From NCBI GenBank assembly GCA_039679545.1, contig JBDKUT010000015.1, forward strand, positions 1-47,786: a stretch of DNA of 47,786 bases, in the 5' to 3' direction. Of this stretch, positions 38,290 through 47,703 are shown one piece after another. The DNA is from Thermotogota bacterium (GTDB lineage: Bacteria; Bipolaricaulota; Bipolaricaulia; UBA7950; UBA9294). The first letter of the stretch is position 1. Each line of letters opens with the position of its first letter. A program made the position numbers and the translations under genes. The notes under the pieces were generated by a model. That model made no database searches. It saw nothing but the letters and a program-made list of their open reading frames with translations, and had not been told where the DNA came from.

Positions 38290-39654
38290 TCACGGGCGAC
38301 GAAGTCGCTCCACGGCGCCCCACGCGTCGACAAGTCCGTTTCCGAAAAGCACGTCCCGTCCTCGCTGTCCGAGATCCTCGCACGAACTCTCGAGGACAGC
38401 GATCGCTTCGTCGGCGGAGAGCTCGGGAGCGAGCGAGAGAATCAACGCGAGAATCCCGGACACATGCGGAGCGGCAAACGAGGTCCCCGATTCGGTCGCC
38501 GGTCTTCCGCCCGCAGTAAACGCCGTGATCGCGTCCCCGGGAGCGCAGACGGCCACCTCAGGTCCGCGATTGCTGAACGGCGCCAGAAGGTCGCTGCGAT
38601 CCGTCGCGGCCACGGCCAGAACTGAACGATACTTTCCTGGGTACATCACCTGGTTCTCTCCCCGGTTTCCGGAGATGCCCACGACGATCACCCCGCGCGC
38701 GCGCGCATCCGAGACGGCCTGCTCAAAGTAGTCGGGCGGACGGGCGCTCGCGTAGATGCTCAGGTTGATGATCCGAGCGCCGTTGTCCACCGCGTACTGG
38801 ATTGCGCGGACGAAGATCTTCCAATCCGAGGAGCCAAAGCGATTCGAGGAGTCGAGGAAGCGAACGTCCATGATCGACACCCCCGGGGCGACGCCGACGA
38901 TGGGGTACTCGCCGGGACGTGCGGCAATGATCGACGCAACAAACGTTCCGTGCCCGTGAAGCGGCGTGCCCGTGAGCGAGCTCGAGTCGTTATCCCGGAA
39001 ATCCCATCCGTGCACGTCGTCGATGTAGCCGTTGTGATCGTCATCGACGCCGTTGCCGGGCACCTCGTCGGGATTCGTCCAGAGGCTCGCGGCGACCTGG
39101 GGGATGCGGGCGTCGATGCCGGAGTCGATCACGGCGACGATCACGCTTGGGTCACCGTGCGATGCGGTCCAAGCTTCGGGTCCCCCGATTCGAACGAGGC
39201 CCCAGTTGCTCGGCTGCTGGTACACCGTGTAGAGACCCGGGTTCGGGGCGGGCTTCGGAGCGAGCGGAAGGGCCACGGAAAGGATCTGAAACGGCAACGT
39301 CCCCGACGTCAGGTTCCCGCCAACCTCCAGCGCGATCTCCAGGAGGTATGTTCCGGCGATCTGATACTCCCACCGACTGGTCGCCTCGACGACAACCAGG
39401 GCTCCCGCGTCTGCGGAGAACGGACCAACCGGAACTTGATCGATCCCCTGCCCGGAGTGCCCCATGTCCCGCAACGTCGCCGTTCCCCGCACGTTCTCCT
39501 GCGGGAATGCCGTGGAATTGGAGAACTGGAACGACACGGTGAAGGGGACGAGATTCACGATCTCAATCTTCTGAATCTGCGCTTCGCCGGCGGCCGTCCC
39601 GAGAGAGAGAATGACGAGGAGGACGGCGATACGCAGGACGCGCGGCTTCCTCAT
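38290..39654 (-). CDS. Secreted S8 (subtilisin-like) serine peptidase with an N-terminal Ig-like domain
   Basis: VIDSG (Asp), HGHGT (His), SGN, GTSFAAPHVSG (Ser); Ca-loop NGVDDDHNGYIDD; ATGA overlap with the upstream gene. Confidence 0.93.
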   Translation of the reverse strand: MRKPRVLRIAVLLVILSLGTAAGEAQIQKIEIVNLVPFTVSFQFSNSTAFPQENVRGTATLRDMGHSGQGIDQVPVGPFSADAGALVVVEATSRWEYQIAGTYLLEIALEVGGNLTSGTLPFQILSVALPLAPKPAPNPGLYTVYQQPSNWGLVRIGGPEAWTASHGDPSVIVAVIDSGIDARIPQVAASLWTNPDEVPGNGVDDDHNGYIDDVHGWDFRDNDSSSLTGTPLHGHGTFVASIIAARPGEYPIVGVAPGVSIMDVRFLDSSNRFGSSDWKIFVRAIQYAVDNGARIINLSIYASARPPDYFEQAVSDARARGVIVVGISGNRGENQVMYPGKYRSVLAVAATDRSDLLAPFSNRGPEVAVCAPGDAITAFTAGGRPATESGTSFAAPHVSGILALILSLAPELSADEAIAVLESSCEDLGQRGRDVLFGNGLVDAWGAVERLRRP

Positions 39655-40952
39655 CCAGCCCGATCCTCGTCTGCCTCCGCAAACCAGCGGAGAGCCTGAT
39701 CGAGCGACACCTCCTCCGTCTCTCCCCACCCGCCCGACCGAATCCGCAGGGTCACGGGGAAGGAGAAGAGCGACGTTACGTCGGAGGCAAAACGTTGGAG
39801 CCGTTCCGCTGCCACCGCCGCCCCGTCCGCCGGCGTCTCGGGGAGGATGGCCGCCAGACGATATGAGTCGATTCGGAACACCGTGTCGACCCTCCGCAAG
39901 CCCGAAACGAAGAAGGTCGATGCTCGTACCAGCGCGCGCGTTTGGTCTTCGAGCGCCCGGCCGGACAGGCCTTCGACGTCCAGCACGAGGGCCGACGTCG
40001 GGTGCTTGTACCGCCGTCCCTTGCTGAGTTCAATCTCGAGTTGCTCGCGGAAGTGAGCGGCGTTGTACAGGCCCGTGACGTCATCGAGGACGACGAGCTT
40101 CTTCAGTTCCTGTTCGTGTGAGTGGATGACTTTCGTCATCAGGTTGAACCGATCGACCAACTGCGCAACTTCGTCACGAACGGGCGTCCCGGGCGTCCTG
40201 GGCGGCAGCTTGACCTCCACTTCGTAGTCGCGCATGGCGACCGCGGCCGTCGCTTGCGCCAGCCGTCCGATCGGCCGAGTCACGATGGCGCGCAGCACAA
40301 GGAAGAGGCTTCCCCCCAAGAGGAGAAAGCCGACCACGGATCCCGCGGCAAATTGCCACGAGAGGCGGCGGTCGTAGGCGGCCATTTCGTCGGTCGACAT
40401 GTCCACGATCACGACGCCGACGAGGTCGGCCCCAGAGAGAATGGGCTGATAGGCACGCCACGCGCGAGTCCTCTCGGCGCGCTCCACGGTCGCTTCACTC
40501 CCTTGCATCTGTTCGTACCGCGCCCTGACCGTGTCCGAGGCGAGCTCTCCAACTTTCGTGGGGTCAGTGCTCGCGACCGTCAAGAACCCGCGCGCCGTCA
40601 CCCCGATGACCGTGATCTCGATGATGGATTCGTAGCGCGCAAGGAGTTGGTCGATGTCCGCACTGAGTTCGTTGGAATAGTAGAGGACGTAGTCCTTCTC
40701 CTGGATCGACTTTGAGATGAGGCTCGCAACGCTCCGAGCCCGCTGCTCGTAGATCGACCCGATCGACGCGTGAAGCGACACGAACGCGAACCAAGAGAGG
40801 GCTCCCACGACGGCGCACGCGATCAGGAGGACGGGGACGATCAACTTCCACTGCAGGGACGTCCCATACCGAATCGCGGACCTCATTCGCGCGGGCCGAC
40901 CGGGGTCCGATCGGCCGTTCTTCCGGGCCTTCGACTCGATGTTCGTACTCAT
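39651..40952 (-). CDS. Membrane sensor-HAMP protein with a degenerate GGDEF domain (I-site retained)
   Basis: 2 TM, HAMP (RDEVAQLVDRFN), DDVTGLYN, RRVD-TVFRI-DSYRL in place of RxxD-x5-GGDEF. Confidence 0.85.
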   Translation of the reverse strand: MSTNIESKARKNGRSDPGRPARMRSAIRYGTSLQWKLIVPVLLIACAVVGALSWFAFVSLHASIGSIYEQRARSVASLISKSIQEKDYVLYYSNELSADIDQLLARYESIIEITVIGVTARGFLTVASTDPTKVGELASDTVRARYEQMQGSEATVERAERTRAWRAYQPILSGADLVGVVIVDMSTDEMAAYDRRLSWQFAAGSVVGFLLLGGSLFLVLRAIVTRPIGRLAQATAAVAMRDYEVEVKLPPRTPGTPVRDEVAQLVDRFNLMTKVIHSHEQELKKLVVLDDVTGLYNAAHFREQLEIELSKGRRYKHPTSALVLDVEGLSGRALEDQTRALVRASTFFVSGLRRVDTVFRIDSYRLAAILPETPADGAAVAAERLQRFASDVTSLFSFPVTLRIRSGGWGETEEVSLDQALRWFAEADEDRAG

Positions 40953-40971
40953 AGCTCCTCTTCCTCGGCGG

Positions 40972-43386
40972 CTACTGGATCAATCCCTCGTTCCCCAGGA
41001 ACTCCATAACCACGTCGAGCGGCTCTCGATGGAGCAGGCGAACGCGGCTGACCATGCTGTGCAGGCTCTGTTCGGTCAAGTGAGTCTGCAACCCTACGAA
41101 GACCTGCTCGATCTCGGGGAACCGCCGAACGTCCTCTCGACCGACCAGGACACCGATGGGCTTCCCCGGCAGAGCGAAGGCATCGTCTTCGAGCCGCACA
41201 AACCCCGCCACGGTCGCCGTCTCCTCGACGTTCTCGAGCAGAGCCCCGGAGACCGATCCGAACTTGAGCAGGGCCTCCGCTTCCTCGCGCGTCGCGGTCC
41301 GACGCAGCGATCTTGCCGGCACTTCGTAGGCGGAGGTGAAGCGAGCTACGGCGTCGTCCGAAACCTCGCCAGGAACGGCAATCGTTCTCTCCTCCGCATC
41401 GCGGGAGCCCGCGAACGCGGAGATCGACGGCTTGTCCAATCCTCGGGCGATCTCCCCCGGGACAATCAGATCCCACCGCAGGTCCGTCGGCACGCTCCAG
41501 TACACGGGCGTTCCCGGCGGCGGAGCCGCGCCGACCCACCAGACGATATTCACGTCGCGCTCGCCTATCGCCGCCAGCAGCTCCTCCGATGTTCCAAGCC
41601 CCGCGAGGTCGACGACGCGAAACCCGACCTCGGAGAGCAGAACCTCGAGAGCCTGCCCGAGAACAAGGTCTACGAGGTCGCGCCCCGCGGCAACCACGAT
41701 CGTTCCCTTCCACGCCGTGTCGGGAAGATGGATGTTGCCGGACACAAGGGCATCATGGTGGATCCAGCGATTGCCCCCCGCGTAGAGCCGCTCAGCCGTC
41801 TCGTTCCTCACGTCGTGCAGGCGGTTCCTCTCGAACAGGTTGTTCTGGACGATCGGCGTCCCTCCAGGCGTCTCCTCGACAAGGGAGATTCCCAGCAACG
41901 GGAGGACGGTATCCTCTTCCGAGAGGGCTCCCTGCCACCGCAGGCCGACGTCGTTACCGACCAACCGATTCCCTACGACGCGGACCCCGAATCCGGGCGC
42001 GTACAGGCTGACGCCAACGTCACAGTCCGAGACTCGGTTCCCCTGGATCGTGTCACGCGAAGAGGTAGCACTGAGGATTCCCACCGCCGTCTCACTCACA
42101 GCGTTCTCGATCACATCGTTTCCTTGGCAGTGGTTGGCGAGGGCGACGCCGGAGAGCCTGCAGTGGTCCATCACGCTTCTCAGAACGGAGTTCTCGCTCG
42201 CTCCGACGAGGACGACACCCGATGCCGAATCGTTGATGCGGTTGTCGAGGAGACGGTTGCGGCGGGCCTCAGCAAGCAGGATCCCGGTCGTGTCCATCCG
42301 AGCGATCGTGTTGCCGAGTAGGCGCTCCTCCGAGGATCGCGTGAGGGCAATCCCTATCTTGCCGTCCGAGATGCGGTTCCGTGCGATCAGGTTCATGTCA
42401 CTCGCATCGATGCGAATTCCTGCATCGCGGCATTGCGACAGACGGCCGTCGACGAACGCGTTCTCTCCTCCCCCGGCAAATCGAACCCCATCCCCTGCCG
42501 AAGGTCCTACAACGTTTCGCTCGAGGTGGCTCCTACGGGCCTCGATGAGAGAGACGCCGACGTCCTCGACGGACGCTATGAGACAATCCAGGATGCGGTT
42601 CCCGTCTGTCTCCTCAAGGATCACGCCGACGCGCGATGCCCTGATTCGACTTGCCTCGAGCGCGTTGCCTCGTCCCCCAAGCACCTCGTAGCCGACGATC
42701 GACGCTCCGGCAATCCGTAGGCCGACAAAGACGTTGTCCTCCGATTCCCCGACGGAGACTCCCGTCGGTGCTCCATCGACCGACACGTTGCGAAATTCGT
42801 TCGCCGGGGCCTTCCGGAGTCGGATCCCGGTCTCGTCGCATCCGCGCAAGGCGATTCCCCGGAAGACGTTGCCCGACGAAGCAGAGACGTCGACACCAAT
42901 TGAACTTTCCTCGGCGGTCAGCCGCTCGAAGGTTCCCTGGCGGCTGCCGGAGAGGAGCACGGCGATCTCGTCGCCGCGAGCCCGAACATCCTCGACGCGG
43001 CATCCCACCCCTTCGACGACCAGGGCCACGGAGGTCCCCTGGATGTTGAGACGCCGCACGGCCGTGGCGTCCGCACGAAGGGTGACGACCGGCTCGTTCT
43101 GCCCGACAAGGACCGCTCGTCCCCGCGTCGACGTCAGGACGAGGCCTGCCGTGCCGAGCACCACAGGTCCGGCGTACGGTCCTCGGCGGGCATCAAGGAC
43201 GATCGTTGTCCCCTCGGCGGCGACCTGAAGGGCCTCCGCAAGAGTGGCGGCGTCACGCGGAACGAAGAGACTTCCTTCGGGAAAGCGGTCGCGCGTAGCG
43301 ACCCAAACAACCAGTACGACCATCGCCACCACGCCGACCGCAGCGATGGCGACCCAGAACGGCTTCCTCCTGCGTGCGTGTTTCAT
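40972..43386 (-). CDS. Membrane-anchored right-handed beta-helix (NosD-like) protein fused to a glycine-betaine/OpuAC-like binding domain
   Basis: N-terminal TM, many G-I-x-L...N-x-I repeats, C-terminal GFRVVD..LG, SISAF, LEDD..P, helix ending EFL..EGLI. Confidence 0.78.
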   Translation of the reverse strand: MKHARRRKPFWVAIAAVGVVAMVVLVVWVATRDRFPEGSLFVPRDAATLAEALQVAAEGTTIVLDARRGPYAGPVVLGTAGLVLTSTRGRAVLVGQNEPVVTLRADATAVRRLNIQGTSVALVVEGVGCRVEDVRARGDEIAVLLSGSRQGTFERLTAEESSIGVDVSASSGNVFRGIALRGCDETGIRLRKAPANEFRNVSVDGAPTGVSVGESEDNVFVGLRIAGASIVGYEVLGGRGNALEASRIRASRVGVILEETDGNRILDCLIASVEDVGVSLIEARRSHLERNVVGPSAGDGVRFAGGGENAFVDGRLSQCRDAGIRIDASDMNLIARNRISDGKIGIALTRSSEERLLGNTIARMDTTGILLAEARRNRLLDNRINDSASGVVLVGASENSVLRSVMDHCRLSGVALANHCQGNDVIENAVSETAVGILSATSSRDTIQGNRVSDCDVGVSLYAPGFGVRVVGNRLVGNDVGLRWQGALSEEDTVLPLLGISLVEETPGGTPIVQNNLFERNRLHDVRNETAERLYAGGNRWIHHDALVSGNIHLPDTAWKGTIVVAAGRDLVDLVLGQALEVLLSEVGFRVVDLAGLGTSEELLAAIGERDVNIVWWVGAAPPPGTPVYWSVPTDLRWDLIVPGEIARGLDKPSISAFAGSRDAEERTIAVPGEVSDDAVARFTSAYEVPARSLRRTATREEAEALLKFGSVSGALLENVEETATVAGFVRLEDDAFALPGKPIGVLVGREDVRRFPEIEQVFVGLQTHLTEQSLHSMVSRVRLLHREPLDVVMEFLGNEGLIQ

Positions 43387-43472
43387 CGGGCCCACTCTAG
43401 CACACGCGCTCGCGCGCCGTCCAAGTTGCGTTTCACGGCTCTTCGATCCCTCAGGGGGCGCACCGACAAAGA

Positions 43473-44003
43473 CTAGTCGGGCATGATTGTGCAGACGAGG
43501 AGGGCTTCTCCGTTCGCCCTGTCGGGGCTCGACCCATCCAGGGCCACCCGCACGTCAATACCGACGTCAAACGTGCCGTTGGAGCCGCTGCAGAGGACGA
43601 CCGGCTGGTCTCCGAGCGCCGCGTAGCCGCGCCCGTGTTCCCTCACGCGCACTGGCGGGAACCCTCTCCCAGAGGAGGTGGCCCAGCGTACCTGAAGGCG
43701 CCACGGCGTGTTGCTGACTATGCGGAAGCGGAAGGCATTCTCGTCTTCAATGTAGCCGCGTGAGCGCTCGAGGGCCGATGCAGGTCGGAAGCTGTATGAG
43801 ACTGCGGTCACGTCCTCGGACGACCCGGCCAAGCGGAGCGTCTGGTAGGGGAGGACTCGCCATCGCACGTCGACGGACACCGACTTCTCGACGGCGTACG
43901 CCGCGACGGCGACAACGGACAGCGCGAGGACAACAGCCCAGACCCATCGGCGGCCCACCAAGCAAGAACCTCCCGATCGCTCCACGCTCGGATCCTCCTC
44001 CAC
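43473..44003 (-). CDS. Secreted beta-sandwich, pilin/fimbrial-subunit-like protein
   Basis: Signal peptide (AYA), VSVDVRWRV..SNTPWRLQV.., terminal hydrophobic strand; start uncertain. Confidence 0.55.
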   Translation of the reverse strand: MEEDPSVERSGGSCLVGRRWVWAVVLALSVVAVAAYAVEKSVSVDVRWRVLPYQTLRLAGSSEDVTAVSYSFRPASALERSRGYIEDENAFRFRIVSNTPWRLQVRWATSSGRGFPPVRVREHGRGYAALGDQPVVLCSGSNGTFDVGIDVRVALDGSSPDRANGEALLVCTIMPD

Positions 44004-44022
44004 GTGCTTCCATTCTTCCTCA

Positions 44023-45075
44023 TTACGGAATCGATAAGACGCGGCCGAGAAGGGCGGTGATGTCGGCTGTGGTGAGGATGCCATCGTTGTCGAAATCGAA
44101 CGCACGAACGTTGTTCCGGACAGCCGGGAGGTCGAGAGAGGCCTCGAAGAGAGCCACATCGGCGCCATCGAGGTCTCCGTCTCCATCGATGTCCTCGAAC
44201 AGTCCATCTCGGTTTACATCCTGGGGAGGTCTCGGAAAGGTTCCGAGCGGCACGAGGGTGAGCTCTGGAACGCGAAGGATGATCTGCCCTGCGACGAGGT
44301 AGTCGCCTCCGAAGTCGATCACGGTCCGAACGAGGAACATCCCCGAATCGAGCAGGCTCCACGGTGTCTTCACGACGGCGTCCACCGAGTGCCCGGGAAG
44401 AATGGAGAGATGGGGTAGAGAGGTTTCGGCGAGCGTGGCACCGCTCGGAGATTGGATGGAGAGCGTTCCGAGAACGTCGTCAAGCCGCGTCTCCCCGCGA
44501 TTCGCGACGCTGAACTCGATGGTGAGCGGCGAGAGACCGAGCGCAGTGACCCGTGTGACGGCCGCACCTTGCGCGGCTGGGAGGGACGTAACGTAGATCT
44601 TGACGAGGAACTCCCGCGCCACGCGGATTCCACTCTCCTCCGGGCCGGCGTCAACCGGGCTCACAGCAACAAGGAGGCCCGCCCAGTACGTGCCCGCCAC
44701 CCCCGCAGGGACGGAGATGCCGCAAGAGACTTCAACCTCGTCCGCGGGGCGCAGCACGTACGTGGGTGCCGACAGAGCGAGCCACGTCGCGCACGAGCGC
44801 TCAAGGGTTCCGGAACGGGAAAGACGAGTCACGCCGTCGGGGTCCTCGTCCCAGTCGCATGGCGAGATGTCAACGCGGAGGGGCGAGTTCTCGTCGTTGA
44901 GGACCGTGAAGCGCACTTCCAGATTGGATCCCGGCCCCACGACGAGGGAGAACTCCGACACCGAGACAGTGATTCCTGGAGCCGACACGGAAGCGCCAAC
45001 CACTGCGGCCAACACAAGGACTCCCCACTCGAGGAGCCTGCGTCCGTTGCCACCGGCCTCGCGACGAGCGCTCAT
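44023..45075 (-). CDS. Fimbrial-chaperone-like two-Ig-domain protein with a C-terminal dockerin
   Basis: FTVLN..DW..DG..SCATWL..VP..GTYWAGLLV, N-G-(E)T motif; DVNRDGLFEDIDGDGDLDGAD...FDFDNDGILTTADI. Confidence 0.7.
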   Translation of the reverse strand: MSARREAGGNGRRLLEWGVLVLAAVVGASVSAPGITVSVSEFSLVVGPGSNLEVRFTVLNDENSPLRVDISPCDWDEDPDGVTRLSRSGTLERSCATWLALSAPTYVLRPADEVEVSCGISVPAGVAGTYWAGLLVAVSPVDAGPEESGIRVAREFLVKIYVTSLPAAQGAAVTRVTALGLSPLTIEFSVANRGETRLDDVLGTLSIQSPSGATLAETSLPHLSILPGHSVDAVVKTPWSLLDSGMFLVRTVIDFGGDYLVAGQIILRVPELTLVPLGTFPRPPQDVNRDGLFEDIDGDGDLDGADVALFEASLDLPAVRNNVRAFDFDNDGILTTADITALLGRVLSIP

Positions 45076-45148
45076 GGTTCCCTGTGTAACGCCCTCGACC
45101 TGCCGAAACAAGAGCACGTGGCGCGGAGAGGTTTCGGCGGCCGCGCCG

Positions 45149-46855
45149 TCACGCGGCTGCCGCTCGCAGCCTCTCGAGGACGCCGTCCAACGGCTCCGGA
45201 CGACCGATGTGGAACCCCTGCGCACAATCGACGCCGATCGCCCGCAGGACGTCCAGCGTCTCCTCCGTTTCGACGAACTCCGCGATCGTTCGCTTGCCGA
45301 GGCCCTTGGCCAGCTGGACCATCGCCACAACCAAGTGCTGATCGACTGGGTCGCGTCCGAGGTTGCGGATGAAGCTCCCATCGATCTTGAGGTAGTCCAC
45401 GTCCAGGTTCTTGAGCTGGTAGAACGAGGAAAACCCCATGCCGAAGTCGTCGAGCGCGAACTCGTACCCTTGCGTTCTCAGGGCGCGGAGGAAGTCCTTG
45501 GCCACGTGGATGTTGTAGATCGCTGCCGTTTCTGTGATCTCGAGCACGAGCCGGACAGGGCCGATGACCGACAGCGATGTTCGGCTCGAAATTGCAGACA
45601 AGAGGGCGGGGTCGGTGAGCGACCGCGGCGAGAGATTCACGGCGAACGAGACATCGCTCGGCAGCTGCTCGTCGGCCAGCGTGTCCATGACCTTCTGAAG
45701 GACCCACCGGTCGATGTCCCCACTGAGCCCGAACTGCTCGGCAACGTCGAGGAACGCGCCGGGTGGAATGATTTGCCCGCTGCGCCCTAGGAGGCGAAGG
45801 AGGATCTCATAGCGGATGATCCGATTCTCGACGAGATCGAGGATGGGCTGCGCGTAGAGGATGAACCCGTCGTTCTCAAGGGCGTTTCGGATTACGCGAA
45901 GCCAATCCACGCGCGATTCGGGGTCGTCAACCTTCTCCTCGTCAGGAGAGTAGAGGCAAGACCGATTGCGCCCTTGCGCTTTCGCTCGGTACATCGCCAT
46001 GTCGGCCTTCATGAGGAGCTCACTTGCGCTCGTTCCGTGATCGGGGAAGAGGACAATCCCGAGGCTTGCCGTCGTTCGAAGCGTCTCCCCGTCGATCACC
46101 GCGGTGTGCTTCCGCACCGCATCGAGCAGCCGTCCCGCGGCAATCTGGGCCTGTTCGCTGTCTACGTTCAGGTAGAGGACGGCAAATTCATCGCCTCCAA
46201 GACGAGCGAGGATGTCCGAATCCCTGACGGTCGCCCGCATTCGATGGGCAAGACTCGCGAGGAGATCGTCGCCGACCTTGTGGCCCAGACCGTCGTTGAT
46301 CTCTTTGAACCCGTCGAGGTCCATCCACAGGACGGCGCCACGCCGTTCGTAGCGACGGGCCTCCGCGAGATGCCGCTCGAGGAGATGCCCGAACTCCCGG
46401 CGGTTGCAGAGCCCGGTCAGGGGGTCGTGCGTCGCGAGGTGAAGCAGCCGTTCCTCCTGCTTCCGAAGCTGGGTGATGTCCGTGAGGATCCCCTCGTGGT
46501 AGAGGATCTCCCCCTTCCTGTCGCGAACAGCGCGCGCGTTCAGAAGAGCGGCGACGGACGGACCATCCTTCGCTCGCAGCATCATCTCGGCGTTCTCAAC
46601 GCGAACCCCTTCCCGCAGCTGGCGCAGAACGACTCCGGCATCGCTCTCCACCTGGAACACGTCCGTCATCCGCGTCTGTCGGAGCTGGCCCGCGTCGCGA
46701 TAGCCGAGCATGTGCGCCAACGCGTCGTTGGCCAGGACCAGCCGCCCGTCGGGCGAACACTGGTAGATTCCGTTCGACGCGTGGCGGAAGAGGTCCTCGA
46801 AACGTCGATCCACACTTGACGTCCTCTCTCCACCCGCCGTGTTTCGCCTCTCCAC
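45149..46855 (-). CDS. PAS-GGDEF-EAL diguanylate cyclase/phosphodiesterase
   Basis: PAS/PAC; HDPLTGL, DLDGFKEIND, RDSD-ILARL-GGDEF; EILLR, DDFGMG, KIDGSF, AEFVE, QGF; SD GAGGAGG before GTG 46855. Confidence 0.95.
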   Translation of the reverse strand: MERRNTAGGERTSSVDRRFEDLFRHASNGIYQCSPDGRLVLANDALAHMLGYRDAGQLRQTRMTDVFQVESDAGVVLRQLREGVRVENAEMMLRAKDGPSVAALLNARAVRDRKGEILYHEGILTDITQLRKQEERLLHLATHDPLTGLCNRREFGHLLERHLAEARRYERRGAVLWMDLDGFKEINDGLGHKVGDDLLASLAHRMRATVRDSDILARLGGDEFAVLYLNVDSEQAQIAAGRLLDAVRKHTAVIDGETLRTTASLGIVLFPDHGTSASELLMKADMAMYRAKAQGRNRSCLYSPDEEKVDDPESRVDWLRVIRNALENDGFILYAQPILDLVENRIIRYEILLRLLGRSGQIIPPGAFLDVAEQFGLSGDIDRWVLQKVMDTLADEQLPSDVSFAVNLSPRSLTDPALLSAISSRTSLSVIGPVRLVLEITETAAIYNIHVAKDFLRALRTQGYEFALDDFGMGFSSFYQLKNLDVDYLKIDGSFIRNLGRDPVDQHLVVAMVQLAKGLGKRTIAEFVETEETLDVLRAIGVDCAQGFHIGRPEPLDGVLERLRAAAA

Positions 46856-46957
46856 GTCGCCTCCTCGCCAACGTCGCACTGACCGCGGTCGCCGCGTTCC
46901 GAGCCCAACCTGCTCCAGGAGCGAGAAGAGCGAGCCGCGACCTGGGCATCGTGCAGG

Positions 46958-47278
46958 TCAAAGCTCCGAAAGAAGCTCGACGCCGATCGCCGCCAGCCAA
47001 CACAAGAAACTTCGCTCGATTGTCGCGTCAAAGAACGTCAGCCCGCGGGGCCCGTGAGCCGTCGTGAACCGCCCGATGTAGTCCATGATGGCAGTCCAGT
47101 CCTCGTCAGGAATTCCATCGTGAATCGCGTGCGGTTTGTCCACCCGAAGCATCCGCAAGATGTCGTCGATCGTGTACTCCTGGAGGCGGTCGGCGACGTC
47201 GGCGAAGCGGACATCGCGCCCCTCATCCAAAAGACAGAGGACCCCCTGGACGAACTTCCTCACTGAACTTCGATACAT
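46958..47278 (-). CDS. Hypothetical cytoplasmic helical protein (~106 aa)
   Basis: SD GGGAGG before ATG 47278; natural composition; no recognised motif. Confidence 0.6.
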   Translation of the reverse strand: MYRSSVRKFVQGVLCLLDEGRDVRFADVADRLQEYTIDDILRMLRVDKPHAIHDGIPDEDWTAIMDYIGRFTTAHGPRGLTFFDATIERSFLCWLAAIGVELLSEL

Positions 47279-47623
47279 CCATGGCCTCCCGATGGCGAGT
47301 CTATGCACCGCACCCCACCGCGGAAGGGACACTCGTACGTCGTTGAACTCCCGTTTCTCTCCTTCCGCGAGCACCGCGTGGACGGCGGGCAGGGGCGGTG
47401 ACCGCTACCCTCGCTCGGATCGCCACTCTGCGGACAGGCTCCCGCCGAGCGCGAATGTCTGAAACCGGGTCGTACGGGGCAGAATCGGGTAGCGGTCCTT
47501 GACAAGTGAACTGAGACGGGCGCAGGGAGAAGCTCCCTGCGCGAAGGGTTGATGGAAAAACGATTCGAAGATTGCGGCGGGCGGTCCGCCGCAATGCAGT
47601 CATATCCTCACTCGAAGCATCTA

Positions 47624-47703
47624 CCAAAGGCAAACCGCTCGAAAGGGCGGGACGCAAAGCTACGGACCTTCCAGGCGAGGCTCGCGCGAGCGGGTCTGCG
47701 TGA
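47624..47703 (+). ncRNA. c-di-GMP-I (GEMM) riboswitch aptamer A: intact 5' half, non-canonical 3' half
   Basis: AAGGCAAACC-gctc-GAAA-gggc-GGGACGCAAAGCTAC; no canonical ..GCTGCCGA closure before the next aptamer. Confidence 0.7.

Noticed and set aside
39651..40952. Active diguanylate cyclase
   Set aside because: GGDEF is replaced by DSYRL and the usual FK..ND..GH..GD segment is degenerate.
40939..42321. 460-aa plus-strand ORF and similar long antisense ORFs (2342-3733, 11270-13141, 23206-24399, 27026-28138)
   Set aside because: High-GC antisense shadows of well-supported genes.
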